This document shows, piece after piece, positions 14,353-27,754 of a stretch of 64,000 bases of DNA. Location of the stretch: NCBI GenBank assembly GCA_964016885.1, contig OZ024741.1, positions 380,246,001 through 380,310,000 of the forward strand, given 5' to 3'. Both the position numbers and the translations under genes were made by a program. The notes under the pieces are model-generated. The model was not told the DNA's origin and searched no databases. It was given only the letters and a program-made list of their open reading frames with translations. This stretch comes from Eledone cirrhosa. Lineage: Eukaryota. The stretch's first letter is position 1. Every line of letters starts with the position of its first letter.

Positions 14353-14866
14353 AGGCATCGATTCAAACTAATCAATTTACCACAATCTGAGAAATGGTAT
14401 GAGTAGAACCCAGAGTTGGTGATAGAAAACGATCAAGTGAAGGTGCTATGGGATTTTAGGATACAGACGGGCAAGAAATTAGAACACAATAAGCCTGACC
14501 TGGTGGTTTTTAACAAGGGAAAAAGATTGAACCTGACTGTATTTGACACGAGAGTGCAAGAAAAGGAGAGGAGAAAATTAACCGATACCAGGATTTAAAT
14601 TGGGAGTTAAAAAGGATTTGGAACTGTCTTGTGATCAAGGTCATCACGATTGTCATAGGAGGACTAGGTACTATCTCAAAGAGTTTCCAAGGATGGTTAA
14701 AGAAGATTAGTCCAAATTCATTTTTTGGAACACTTCAAAAGGCATGTTTGTTGGGAACAGCAAGAAACCTCCGATATGTGCTGAATATCTGAGGCTGCAG
14801 GTAGTGGCTTGATATTCATTTCAATAAACTTTCCAGTTAAATAGCATCAATGACTGAGACTCGGAG

Positions 14867-14867
<1 letters not shown>
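14353..14867 (+). mobile_element. R4/Dong family A (diverged subfamily) 3' fragment, A0
   Basis: [22 protein letters not shown], the family A 3' UTR, then (TAA)n. Confidence 0.9.
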
Positions 14868-14941
<74 letters not shown>

Positions 14942-14942
14942 A

Positions 14943-15475
14943 AGTCTCATAAAATTTCGGATCCATATTATATTGTTATATCGCTCAAATATTCAATTTT
15001 GTATTATATATTTTGTATTCAAAAAAGAAAATAGTTATAAATGGAAGAAAACACCCTCTGTCTACACTATATAGAACGGTCAAATAACAGCAATTTCACA
15101 AAACACCAGAAACTTGATGCACCACCTACCCCGTCACACTAAATATAACAGCCAGATAACGGCAATTTCACCACCACCACCACCAATCCCAGCATCATAA
15201 TAATAATTACTATTATTATTGTCTCAAGTTTTAACAAAGTGTTTAATTCCAATTTTACGGCAATATGTCAACACAATATATATTAAACATACGCAACACA
15301 AACTCATAGATACTACATATCACAAAACTCAGTAACGACAACGCCACCGCCGCCACCACTCCATCCATCATTGCTACCACTATCCCATCACCGCCGCCAC
15401 CACTCCTTCATTGTTACAACCACTATTCCCATGTTAACTTAAGATAGGGGAAGGTGACGGTATCACTAGACAAGG
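14943..15475 (+). mobile_element. Isolated fragment of the family A 5' leader
   Basis: Colinear with 19695-20260 and 30165-30500 (ttcggatcc..atcgctcaaatattcaa, ctctgtctacactatatagaac, cagccagataacggcaatttcacc). Confidence 0.8.
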
Positions 15476-15783
15476 GAGAGGCTAACAAAAGATATAAATA
15501 GATTGACTTAGTGACCTGGCCACCGGCCAAACGTCAACAACTATGGCACTGCTGGCTCACCCCTTCCTCACCAACAATATAAAAATCAGCAGCACCACCA
15601 CCGACATAGCCAACAACAATAACAGGCACATTCAGCAAAAAGTATATTATATTATTGTAATGCACTGGGTGATTGCTGGCCTTGTGCCTGGAGTGGAGAC
15701 AATTATTAATAAATTCATTCTTAAGCTCACATTAAGGAACCACTCATGATAATAACAATTTAAAAAAAACAACAAAAAGAAAA

Positions 15784-18700
15784 CCCCGTGACCAAGAAAT
15801 ACCGGGATGGCGGCCGGCGGGGAATAGCCGTGTCTCTAGAGGAGGACGACCCCTCTAGTCTTGGTTGACACTCGTTCTAGAAGTGGTAACACGAAATGAT
15901 TACCCCTTGGCGGATAAGAATAAAACGCGACAAAATAAAGTAAATGTCTAATGATAAAATCTCATACCGGATCGGCCGTCACCCGGGTAAAAAAGGGCCG
16001 CCTCCCTCAGAGAGGAATCAGACTGGGGTCGAAAAAACAGCTAATGGTTCAAAACTTCCCATAACCGGAATACTCCTACTGTTGGCCCTCCATGCTCACC
16101 ATCAAGAAATCCAAAGAAAAAGAGAGAAACATGGTCGAGGGAAGATAATATAGAAGTCCTTGAGGCTTTCTACACTGCCATGTACTACCCATCAAATACA
16201 TCGAATACAGAACAGACATATATCAACTGGAAAAAGAAACATCCCGAAAATAGAGGCTATATTGACAGTAACAAACTAGCCAATATACGAAGAAATATTG
16301 TAAGAAAAAAGGTTACTAACTGATATAGAGATTGATCAGATCAAGCTATTAGCACAAAGTCAGCGAAGGGAAAATTAAACATGTGTCAGTGAAAACGAGG
16401 TAAATTGTAACCCTTCGAATCCCAGGGTTGGGGCGGAATCACTGGCAACAGAACAAATTAAAGAAAGGATCGAAAAAGTGGAGGGAGTGCATGCTCAAGA
16501 TGAAACTCCAAATGAAAATAATGAGATCGTAAATGATAAAGAAATGAATGAGAATGAACTTGCCAACTTGAAGGATGAAATTATGATCGAATGGATGAAA
16601 ATGAAAGAATCTGACATGGGGCAACGAGACACCCTCCCTAAGATCCAGAACTCCAAACAGAACCAAAAGATAATACACAAGACTAACATAATTCTCAAAA
16701 ATATTACCATCACAAACAAACTAAACATTACTGATATAAATCATCTCTATTATGCATCGGCTAAAGTCACCACTCACTTATGTGGAGTGAAGATGAAAAA
16801 ACAAAGGAATTCCCACAAGAAATCTACTTGGCAAGAGAACATCAATCGCCAAATAAACCTTCTCCGATCTGACATAGAAATTATAACAAACTATAAAGTA
16901 GGTGAACATGTTAAACAAACTAAACTTAGAAAATTGAAAAGAAAGTACAGTATAAAATCAACAAGTGACATAGACATGCTGATAGAAATAATCAAGCAAA
17001 AAGTGTCGGCCAAAGCTACTCGTATAAGGCGCTTTGAAAAACGATCTAGATTCTATAAGGACAATATGTTCAAAAACAACCAAACAAACTTCTACAGAAA
17101 AATTGGTAAGTCAACAATAACTGCTAAATCAATACCACCCAAGGAGGAAGTGCAAGAATTCTGGGAAAAGATCTGGGCCGAAGAAAAAGTTCATAACATA
17201 CATGCCACATGGATAGACAGACAAATGAAAGATACAGCTCACCTTGAGGAACAAATATGGTAAAATATAACAGTTGAACAGTTGCGCTTGGCTCTAAGAA
17301 AAACCAGCAAAAAATCCCCAGGAAAAGACAAAATACAAAATTTTTGGATAAATGCCTTCACAGAGTCTCATGAGCTGTTAGCCTAACTTTACAATGAAAT
17401 AGTTGACCTATTTCCCATTGAGCAGAAAGGGTGTAAGCGAGGCTCATATGGCTGTAAGGATCAGCTTTTGGTTAATAAAATGATACTGGAAGATTGTCAT
17501 AATAGACACAAAAATCTATCGATTGCTTGGATAGATTATAAAAAAGCATTCGATAGTTTACCACACAGTTGGATTGAAAAATGTTTAGAGATTTTCAAAA
17601 TATCCCCCGTTGTCAGGAGGTTTTTGTCATTCAGTATGAAGACATGGAAAACGACACTCCTTTTGAATAGTGAAACAAAATCACTGGAAGCTGGAGAAGT
17701 TAATATTCATTGTGGAATTTTTCAGGGTGACTCTTTATCACCGCTTTTATTCTGCATCGCACTTATACCATTAAGTAAAATGCTCAATGAAACAAAACAT
17801 GGATATAAAGTCTATGACAAAACCATTAATCACTTGTTCTACATGGATGACCTGAAACTATTTGCAGAAAATGATGAACAATTGCAAGGGCTATTACCCA
17901 CTGTGGAGCAGTTCAGTGATGACATTAAAATGGAGTTTGGACTAGAAAAATGCGCCAAAGCAACGTTCACCAGAGGAAAGCTGCTGAAGAGTTCAGACAT
18001 TAATCTTGATCGGGGGAACGTGATAAGAGAACTTGATCAAGAAAAAACTTACAAATATCTAGGTGTTTGTGAAGGAGACGGAATCAAGCACTCGACAATG
18101 AGGGAAAGGATAAGGAAGGAATGTTACCGCAGAGTAAGAGCAATCTTAAAAACGGAAATGAATGCAAGGAATAGGATCGACGCCATAAACACGCTTGCCA
18201 TACCAGTAGTAACCTCCAGTTACAATGTCATCAACTGGTCAAGCACAGAGATCCGTAGGCTCGATACAAAAATTCGAAAATTTTAACCATGCACAGAATG
18301 CATCACCCTAAGGCAGATATAGATAGAATATATCTCCCTAGGAAAGAAGGAGTACGTGGGTTAGTCCAGTTAGACATTGCGTTGAAATCTGCAACAACAG
18401 GATTGGATGATCAAACTCGTTTTGAAACACGAAAGCATCAAAAGATCATATTCCATTACAAAAGATGCACAAAGATACAGTAATGGACTACAAATTTCAG
18501 AAGTCCCATTTACTGCTGAAATGGAAAACACAGAAAAAGTAAAGCAGGTAAAAGTAACTGCAAAGAAAGAACAGCTACAGAAACTGGCTAAGAAATGGCA
18601 AGAAAAGCCTCTGTATGGAAAATACCCAGAAAGAGCTAACAATCCTGATGTTGACAAAACTTTAACCCATCAGTGGTTGGCATCCTCTGAACTGAAATCG

Positions 18701-19503
18701 GAGACTGAAGGACTGATTATATCAGCACAAGTTCAGTGTCTGCCAACAAAAAATTACCAAGCCAACATAATAAAAAATGGATGCAGCCCATTATGCCGTG
18801 TATGCAAAAAACAACCAGAGACCATTGACCATATAATTTCAATGTGCAGTCCTATAGCTCCAACCGAATACCTAAACAGGCATGACAGAGTTGCACAATA
18901 CATACATTGGATAATGTGTAAGCATTTTGACCTGCCCCATCAAAAGAATTGGTGGGAGCATCAACCACCTCCCATACTTGAAAAAGATCACATCTCAATC
19001 TTGTAGAACTTTAGCATCCAAAGAGACCGATAAATAGATGCAAATAGACCTGATATAATATTGAAGGACTTTAAAAAGAGGGTATGCCTGCTAATTGATA
19101 TGTCTGTTCCAATAGACAAGAATGTATCTATAAAAACATTTGAAAAATTGAGAAAGTATAAGGACCTGGAGATAGAAATTGGAAAAATGTGGAAATTGAG
19201 AACTAAAACAATACCAGCGGTTGTAGGCGCTCTGGGAATGATACCTAAGGGGTCTAATGATTACTTATCGCAAATCCCAGGAAACCCGCGTATATGAGAA
19301 ATACAAAAGATAGTACTAATTGGAACTGCCCATATACTAAGGAAGATTCTGTCAATATAAGTACATCACAAGTCTAAACACTAAAGATGCATGTGTGAGT
19401 ATGTATGTTCTTACTTGAACATGGCGGACCTTGTTGTCTGTTGAGGTCACTGGTTGTGACTTGGTGATAACTCGTATGAACATAAAGCAAGATAAATGCA
19501 ACT

Positions 19504-19504
<1 letters not shown>
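15784..19504 (+). mobile_element. R4/Dong family B, near full length, degraded (5' boundary uncertain)
   Basis: ORF pieces over 15944-19352: [30 protein letters not shown] (RT); CRVCKKQPETIDHIISMC, RHD, NRPDII, LIDMSVP, KLRKY (CCHC and RLE). Stops, frameshifts and an internal deletion near 17400. Ends in (TAA)n. Confidence 0.92.
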
Positions 19505-19562
<58 letters not shown>

Positions 19563-19565
19563 AAT

Positions 19566-22500
19566 GGGGAAGAAGCTGCACATGGTGGATGGAAGGTCGT
19601 GAAATCGCTCCCGTAAGTTTTGCTTTTTAACATATTTGAATCAATTGTGAAATAGCAATTCTTAGTACAAATGATACATAAGGCATGCGACTTGAGTCTC
19701 AGAAAAATTCGGATCCATAATATATTGTTATATCGCTCAAATATTCAATTTTGTATTATACATTTTATATTCAAAAAAGAAAATGGTTATAAATGGAAGA
19801 AAACACCCTCTGTCTACACTATATAGAACAGCCAAATAACAGCAATTTCACCAACACCAGAAACTAGATACACCACCTACCCCATTACCCCTCTGTGTAC
19901 ACTAAATACAACAGCCAGATAACGGCAATTTCACCACCACCACCACCAATCTCAGCATAATAATATTAATTACTATTATTATTGTCTCAAGTTTTCACAA
20001 AATGTTTAATTCCAATATTAAGTAAAAAAATGTCAACACATATACGCGACTAACCCCATAGATTCACCGATCAAACAAAAATACAGTCTATTCAACAAAA
20101 CTCAGTAACGACAACGCCATCACTACAGTCACCGCCGCTGCCACCCATCCATCATTACTACCACTATGCCATCACCGCGGCCACCACTCCTTCATTGCTA
20201 CCACCGCTATCCCCCCATTACCTTCTGTTAACTTACGAAAGGGGAAGGTGGCTAACACTAGACAACATTAATAAACAAGATTAATATTTAATTTTGGACC
20301 AGGAATGTTAGAGTTGAAAAGCAGAAAAATGGCAAAATGACTAAATAACTAAAGATAATTTCACCACCAACACCACCACCACTACCACGATGAAAACTCT
20401 GGTCAAATCGACTCAACCGCTATTTCTACTCCAACTTCAACACCATCACTACAGTACTACGATAACATCACCACCACCACTGCCTCATTATCGCTACCGC
20501 CGCTATTCTCTCCCACAACCTCCTGCTAGTTGCTGCAAGCACAGTACCGCGACCACCATCACCACCACTGCCTCATTATCACTACCGCCGCTATTCTCTC
20601 CCGCTACCCCCTGCTACATCGTAGTGTCCCCACTAAAAGAGGAAGGCATCAAAATATATAAATAGACTGAATTGATGACCCGGTCAAAATCAAAAAACCA
20701 AAAGTCAAAATCAAAGAAGCACAGCAACAACGAAAAACGTAAAGAAAAGAAAAATGAAGAGAAAAACAAACAGACGGACAGAGAAGGGAAGGGAAAAACT
20801 AAGTCAGACATTCAAATATTACATTACAATGAAACTTATGCTTATTCATTTTTTTTTTTTTGGGGGGGGGGGGGTTGCTTGTTTGTTTGTTTGTTTATTT
20901 ATGTTCGTCTACATCGTGATAATGCCACACAAAAATTACCGGAGATGATGAGGTCACCGGTGGTTATGTAACCATACATTCGCAAATCCTCGATAAGAGT
21001 GTTTAAATGTCGAACCTAAACAGTTCGAATAACGGTGAAATGGAGACTAGAATGTCATGTGACAGACTCTCACCCAACAGGTGCTTCCTGGCTCAGCAGC
21101 AGGGACCTGGCTGTCAACCAAATACTGCTGGTGTCGGAGGAGGAAGAAGAAGGAAAGGGAACAGAACCAACTGGACGAAAGAATTGAATAGAACTGTTAT
21201 GCAATGTTACCTGAAGGGTAACCCCAAGGAGAAAGGCTATAGGAAACGGATGCATAACATCTGGAACGAGATTGGTCTATTTAAATTAGATGAACAAAAA
21301 TTGGCCGGGCAGGCTCGGGTAATAAGAACTAATGGGTGGATAAGCGAGTTGGAACTGGAGGAACTGAGCAGAGAGATTAGCTTGGAGATGGAGAGTGGAG
21401 TATGCCAGGCAAACGAGCCAGTGGGAAATGAAGGTGAAGAGGTCGAGAGAACGGAGGAACCACCCGAAGCAGACAATGATCTGAATACTGAGATAAATAA
21501 TACCTGGAACAGAGATACGGCCACTGAGGAGATGAATGCTGACGGGCTAAGACAAGATTTGGTTGATATCCTAAACTTAGTGGTAGATGAATTGAACAAT
21601 GATAGTGGGAGACCTATGAACCTAAGATTTGTAGGCAGGAAAAAGGTGAAAGAAACAACAGCTAAGGTAAACAAAGTCATCCCATACCTTGAGGCCAGGT
21701 GCCTTCACAAGTGCAAAAATATCCTCAAAGCAACAGCAAATACGGTGCGGAAACTACTTGGTATAAAAGCGAGAGGAAACAACAGACAAGAAAGATCAGA
21801 GCCTTGGTGGAAGAAACGACTGAGTGGTCAAATCAGGGAAATGAGAAATAAAATTGGAAAGCTTGAGACCCTACTGAATGGGACACTAAAAAACATAGAC
21901 ACTAAAAATAGACTAGAAATAAAGTAAACACTAGGAGGAAAAAGCTAAATATTATCATAGAGGAACGGAAGCAACGCATTGTAGCAAAGAGTGCAAAAAT
22001 CAGGCGATACGAGAAGAGAGTCAGTCAGTATAGACAGAACCGCATGTTCGACAACAACCAGAAGATGCTGTTTGGACAGCTTGTTACAGGACGAACAGAA
22101 AGGATGCCAAAAGAAGTCACGTGGTACAAAGGACCAGTTACTTATTGATAAGATGGTAATGAGGAATTGCAAAAGGAGACACACTGGTCTTGCCATGGGA
22201 TGGATAGACTACAAAAAGGCATTTGACATGGTGCCTCATTCTTGGATCACCAAAAGCCTGGAGATCTTCAAGGTGGCAGATAATATCAGACAGTTGTTGG
22301 GCAAAAGTATGAAGTCCTGGGAAACAGAGTTAACATCAACTGGAGAATCCTTGGGAAGCGTGCAGATCAAGAGGGGTAACTTCCAGGGAGATAGTCTGTC
22401 CCCTCTGTTGTTTGTCCTTGCCATGATGCCCCTGACCAGTGTACTGCGAAGAGTGAGAGCAGGATACAGGTTGGGAAAGGGAGGGCTTACCATCAATCAC

Positions 22501-24020
22501 CTCCTCTTCATGGACGATCTTAAGCTCTTCGGGAAGAGTGAGAAGGAGTTGGATGTGCTTGTTGACACTGTCCGTATTTTCATCAATGATATATGTATGC
22601 AATTTGGTATTAGTAAGTGTGGAGTCATTGTGATGAAGAAGGGTATGTTGAGTAGAAGTAACGGAATCCAGGTACCAACCGGTGAGATGATAAAGGAAAT
22701 TGACTCTGAAGAAGGATACAAGTATTTGGGTGTTCTGGAGGCTGATGACATCAAGAATAAAAAAATGAAGGAATTGATAAGAACTGAATACATTCGGAGA
22801 GTAAGGAGCGTATTAAAGTCAGGTCTGAACAGTAGGAATGCCATAAGTGCAGTAAATTCCCGAGCTGTGTCTATTATTAGGTGCAGTGCGGGAATTCTGA
22901 GATGGAATGTTGCTGAACAAAAAGAAATGGATAGGAAGACTAGGAAGCAATTGACTATCTACAACATGTTCCATAACAGGAGTGATGTCGATAGACTCTA
23001 CTTAAGGAGATCTGAAGGTGGACGAGGTCTTATCAGCATAGAGGACTGTGTTCAGATGGAGAAAGACAACCTACACAAATACGTGACTGATAGTAAGGAG
23101 CCAATGCTCAGAACTGTACTGAAGGAGGGAACAATAGGCCAGGGGATGTCCAAGGAGGAAATAACATCAAGGAGAATGAGCAGCCTTCAGGAAAAATCCC
23201 TTCACAGTACCTCCTTTGAGAAAACTGAATTTAGAGATCCACAGACATGGAACTGGTTGAAAAGAGGAGACCTTAAAAAGGCTACAGAAGGAATGTTAAT
23301 GGCTGCGCAGGAGCAGGCCCTCAAAGCGAAGTGGTTGAAACACCATATTTACAAGGAGGAGGCTAGACCACTGTGCAGGATCTGTGGAGAGAGAGAGGAG
23401 ACTGTGACTCACATTGTATGCGAGTGTAAACACCTAGCCCAGACTCACTATAAGGGCTGGAGACATGATGTGATGGGCAGGGTGATCCACTGGCACCTAT
23501 GCAAAGTAAACAATTTACCACATTCTGAGAAGTGGTATGAGCATAAGCCAGAGTACGTGATAGAAAACGATCAGGTGAAGGTGCTGTGGGATTTTAGGAT
23601 ACAGACGGCGAAGAAACTGGAACACAATAGACCTGACCTGGTGGTTTTGGACAAAGAAAAAAGATCGTGCTTGATTGTGGATGTGGCCTGCCCATTCGAC
23701 ACGAGAATGCAAGAGAAGGAGAGGGAGAAAATTAACCGATACCAGGACTTAAAGTGGGAGGTAAAAAGGATTTCGAACTGCCATGAAGTCAAAGTGATCC
23801 CAATTGTCATAGGCGCACTAGGGACTATCTCAAAAAGTTTCCAGGATGCTTCAAGAAAATTGGCCCCTTCACGCTTTTTGGAACGCTTCAAAAGGCATGC
23901 TTGCTGGGAACAGCAAGAACCCTCCGATAAGTCCTGAATATCTGAGGCTGCAGGTAGTGGCTTGATATTCATTTCAAGAATCTTTCCAGTTAACTAACAT
24001 CAATGACTGAGATTCAAAGA
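19566..24020 (+). mobile_element. R4/Dong family A copy A1: about 1.4 kb leader plus ORF, with an internal deletion of about 0.5 kb near 22080
   Basis: (TAA)n on both sides; ORFs 21007-21927 and 21991-23937 are colinear with the 1130-aa ORF; FMDD, CCHC, RHD and PDLVV motifs present. Confidence 0.95.
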
Positions 24021-24298
24021 ATAATCATAATAGTAATAATAATAATAATAATATGTTTTTTTTATTAACCACAAGGGTTTACATAAAGTAGACATTAAGG
24101 ACAGTACAGGACAATACAGGACGGTACAAATGGGCATTTCTGCGTGTAAAAAAAACAGAGAATGAAATAAAATAACAAAGAAAAATTCCCCAATAGGGGG
24201 GAGACTTCCGAGGGACATTTGTTGAGAAAGGCCATTAAAAGACCACAGTGGCCCTGACCACCAGGGCAAGTGCACTCTCCCAGTTGTCCACCTTTAAT

Positions 24299-27200
24299 TT
24301 ACAGACACATACTCAGAGTAGGCCCATTCATTCAGGAGATACTTGCTTCTCTCACCCATCTTTCAACAAAATGCTGGGAAGAGAGCACTTCCCTCTCTAC
24401 CCTGATTTTCCTTTTCAGATGAAATTTGAAAAAGTTAATCAGGGCATCACCGAAGAGGTAAGTTCTCGTCTTCAGCACTTTCAAACGTGTCCTCCATACT
24501 ATCTCTTTCGCCATGGCCACCAGACAGATAAAAACTGCCTGCCCTTCCCGGCTAAAGTAAGGGGGCGGGGCAATTCTCACGATGGACTCAGCTGATAGCT
24601 GGATCCGTCCTACACGTGACAGCAGGTGTTCGACATAAACCCACAAGTCAGCAATGCTCGGACACTGGACGAGTGCGTGCAGGACGGTTTCGTCGCCCTG
24701 TGCGCATCTCGGACATGCCGGGCTGACGGCACCTCCATGCCTGTAAAGTTTATCCCGACCTGGCAAAGCACCCCGGTAGCACTGCCAGGCAAAGGGATTT
24801 CTGGAAGTTGTCCATAGGCCCCGGCCCGAAAGTCCTTCCGAAGAGATTGGCTAGTTAATTTTCGTTGACGCCTAGAGTTTCTCCAAGTACGTCGTCGCTC
24901 TTCCCCTCCACTAATCCCCTATAGAACGCCAAGGTGGAGTTTCCACCGATCACATTGCCCGATTGGTTGAGGCCTGTGAGCGCCTGAAGACATTCCAGTC
25001 TCCAAGCGCTCCCTCTCGGTCTTCGCTTGACCTAGGACTGCAGCTCCGTCAAGGAGACGAGCTGGGGAAAAACGTGTCTAGCAAACGGCGACCACACCTG
25101 ATCACCGTCGAGGAAGAGGTGGAGATGTCGTAGCCTGAGCGCGTGTCTGCGCATCATCAGCCACGGCATGCCCAGCCCTCCACGTAGCGGGTGTTGATAG
25201 CAGATGGACTGCCTGACCATCGGAGCGCGTCCTTTCCACAAGAAGCGAAAGAGCAAACGCTCCAGCGCAGTCAGGCGGGGCTTAGGACAAGGTAGGACGG
25301 TCAGGCGGTAGTAGATGACGGACGCGATGTACGCGTTAGCCACCTCCGCTCGACCTTTCACGGATAGCTTCCTCTCGGCCCATTTCTGGGTGAGAGAAGC
25401 CACCCTGCTCGTCACCTCGTCCCAGTTTTTGTCCGTCAGGAGGTCTGGACCGAACCAGACCCCTAGCAATTTAACCGGTCCGTCCGTACAGCGCCCGACG
25501 ACGCTGTTGGACGGCATGGACCTGCCTCTCCAGGTGCCGAGCTGCAGGCCCACTGACTTTTTCTGGTTGATCATTGCTCCTGTCACCTCTTCGTATTCTC
25601 TTAGTATAGTGCCGATCGCCTCGATGTGTTTGGCGTTCGACACCACTACGGTGACATCGTCGGCATATGCTGACACGGATCTTCCGCATCCGAGTTCGCG
25701 CGGGACCCCCCTCAACGACTCCAGTTTGTGCAGTAATGGCTCGAGAGTCAATACGTACAATAGGGACGAGAGGGGACATCCTTGGCGGACCGAGCGCATG
25801 ATGTTGAACGGTTCCGGAAGGTGACCGTTCACTCTCACTACAGAGCAGATGTCACTGTGCATGGCAGCAATCCAGCCTCTGAAGACGGGCCCAAAGCCAG
25901 CCGCCCGCAGGACTGCCGCTAGGTAACGATGGTCGACCCTATCGAAGGCTTTCGACAGATCTAAATTGATCAAAGACCCACCCGTGCCAGCTTCCCTAGC
26001 TACCCTCTCTACGATGTATCGCATGAGGTGGAGGTTGTCGTGGATGGATCTGTCGGGAATGGCGCATGTCTGTGCCTCTCCCACCAGACCACCAACGACA
26101 AGCGCCAACCTCTTTGCTAGCACCTTGGCCAAAATCTTGAACTCTGTGTTTAGCACAGTTATGGGCCTAAAATGATCTATGTTATCCCCCTTGTTCGGAT
26201 CCTTTCTCAGCAGCGCCACCGCTCCTCGGCTCACAGAGCTGGGAATCCTCCCGTTCTGTTGCCAGTTGCAGTAGACGTCCGCCAACAGGCCTCCGAACAA
26301 GTTTGGCATTTGTACGTAAAGTTCATAGGGCAGACCATCCAAACCAGGCGATTTACTCCTTGCGAAACTAGTCATTGCATCCCGTACTTCAGCGGTTGTT
26401 ATCGGCTTTTCGCAACACTCCGCCTCAGTGGCCGAAAGCCGCGGCAGTCCGTCGAGGTAGACACTAAAGTCAATCCCTCGATCCGGCCCGCCACTGCCCC
26501 CGAAAAGTTGAGCGAAGTGTCGCTGAAAAGATTCACACATTTGCCTGGGATCGAGTAGCATGCGCCCGTCGTGGTCCACCAAAGACCGGATCGTGGCTTT
26601 GTTGCCACGACGCGCCTGCGCCACTCGGGCCCGTTGAACGGCTTTCGTCCCCTCGTGTCTGAGAGCACGCACCCTAGCCCTGACAACGCAGCCTTCGTGC
26701 TTTGCATTGAAGAATTGGTCAAGGGCCAATTTCGACCACAAGTACGTCGGTCGCGATGCCTTTGCTAAGCGCCTCATCTAATTGTCTAACTAATTCTCCC
26801 TCTGCTCTATTTTTCTCTATTGCTAAAGTCTTACTAAACCTAATGGACTCTATTCTAATTGCTCTTTTCAGAGCAAACCACCACTTGTTGTTGACGATGG
26901 CCCCCGTCAACGCCCGCTTAACTAGTTCGCTAATCCGGTCTCTATAGGCCTTGCACGCTGGTAAGGACCCGTTTAGCTTCCAGTAGCCGGGTCCTCGTCT
27001 ATGAAGCCTATCTAAGTCAAGCACACAGATCACGAATTTGTGGTCCGTGTAGCTGACTATCTTGAATTGTGGACAGCCTATGCTAGACCTATCTATTTCC
27101 CTACAAAATACTCTATGTAGATATGATCTGGATGACCCTATGCGATTTGTCCAAGTCCACATTGGTACATTCGGGAAATTTATTCGGTACCTGTCAGACA

Positions 27201-27720
27201 GTTCAAAACGTCTGAGCAGGTTGGTGAGACTCTTGCACCTTCCTTCCCTATCCACTAATCCCACACAATCCCAGCGTGCATCTAAGATCCCGTTCCAGTC
27301 GCCCACTAACTCTAAAGAGCGGGACGTTCCAAGAAAGGTCTCCAGACGCCGGAAGAAATCAGGCCGCCCTGCTCCTGTCAGGGCATAGACGGCCACTAAC
27401 CTGAAAGCTTGCTCGTCTCGGGTGGTCACGTCCAGCACCACCAACTTACCTTCTGGGTCCAGGAAGATGGCCCGTATGGCAAGATCCAAACCTCTCCGAA
27501 AAATCACAGCAACTCCTCCCCCCGATCCCGGACGGCTGAAAGATGCGTACACATCGTAGCCGCCGAAGATCGGTGCGAAAGCCTGTGCTTCGGAGATTCT
27601 GGTCTCGCTGATGGCCACTACATCTATGTTTAGTGGCCTGAGGTCGTTGAGCAGGTGGCCCTGCTTCCATGACGACCCCAAGCCACGCGCATTTATGCTG
27701 CCTATTCTGAGTGAGGTCAT
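24299..27720 (-). pseudogene. T1 ORF2 (AP endonuclease, reverse transcriptase, Zn finger), disrupted
   Basis: APE motifs SINARGL, AISET, GDWN, TDHK. RT motifs KSPGLDGLPYE, FRPITVLNTEFKILAK, DLSKAFDRVDH, RQGCPLS, YADD. C-terminal CPRC..ETVLHALVQC. Frameshift near 26730; stop at 25032 where copy T2 has Trp. Confidence 0.93.
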
Positions 27721-27754
27721 GTTGAAAAGGAGTGGAAAAGATGGGAAAGACCAC

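Noticed and set aside
14850-15074. Poly-I/N/L/Y ORFs (also 6785, 19352, 29866, 61871)
   Set aside because: Translations of microsatellites.
21237-21680. Recurrent antisense ORFs within Dong and Tx1 copies (such as the 147-aa MTLFTLAVVSF ORF)
   Set aside because: These are shadows of the sense ORF that recur only because the copies are near-identical; no recognisable motifs.
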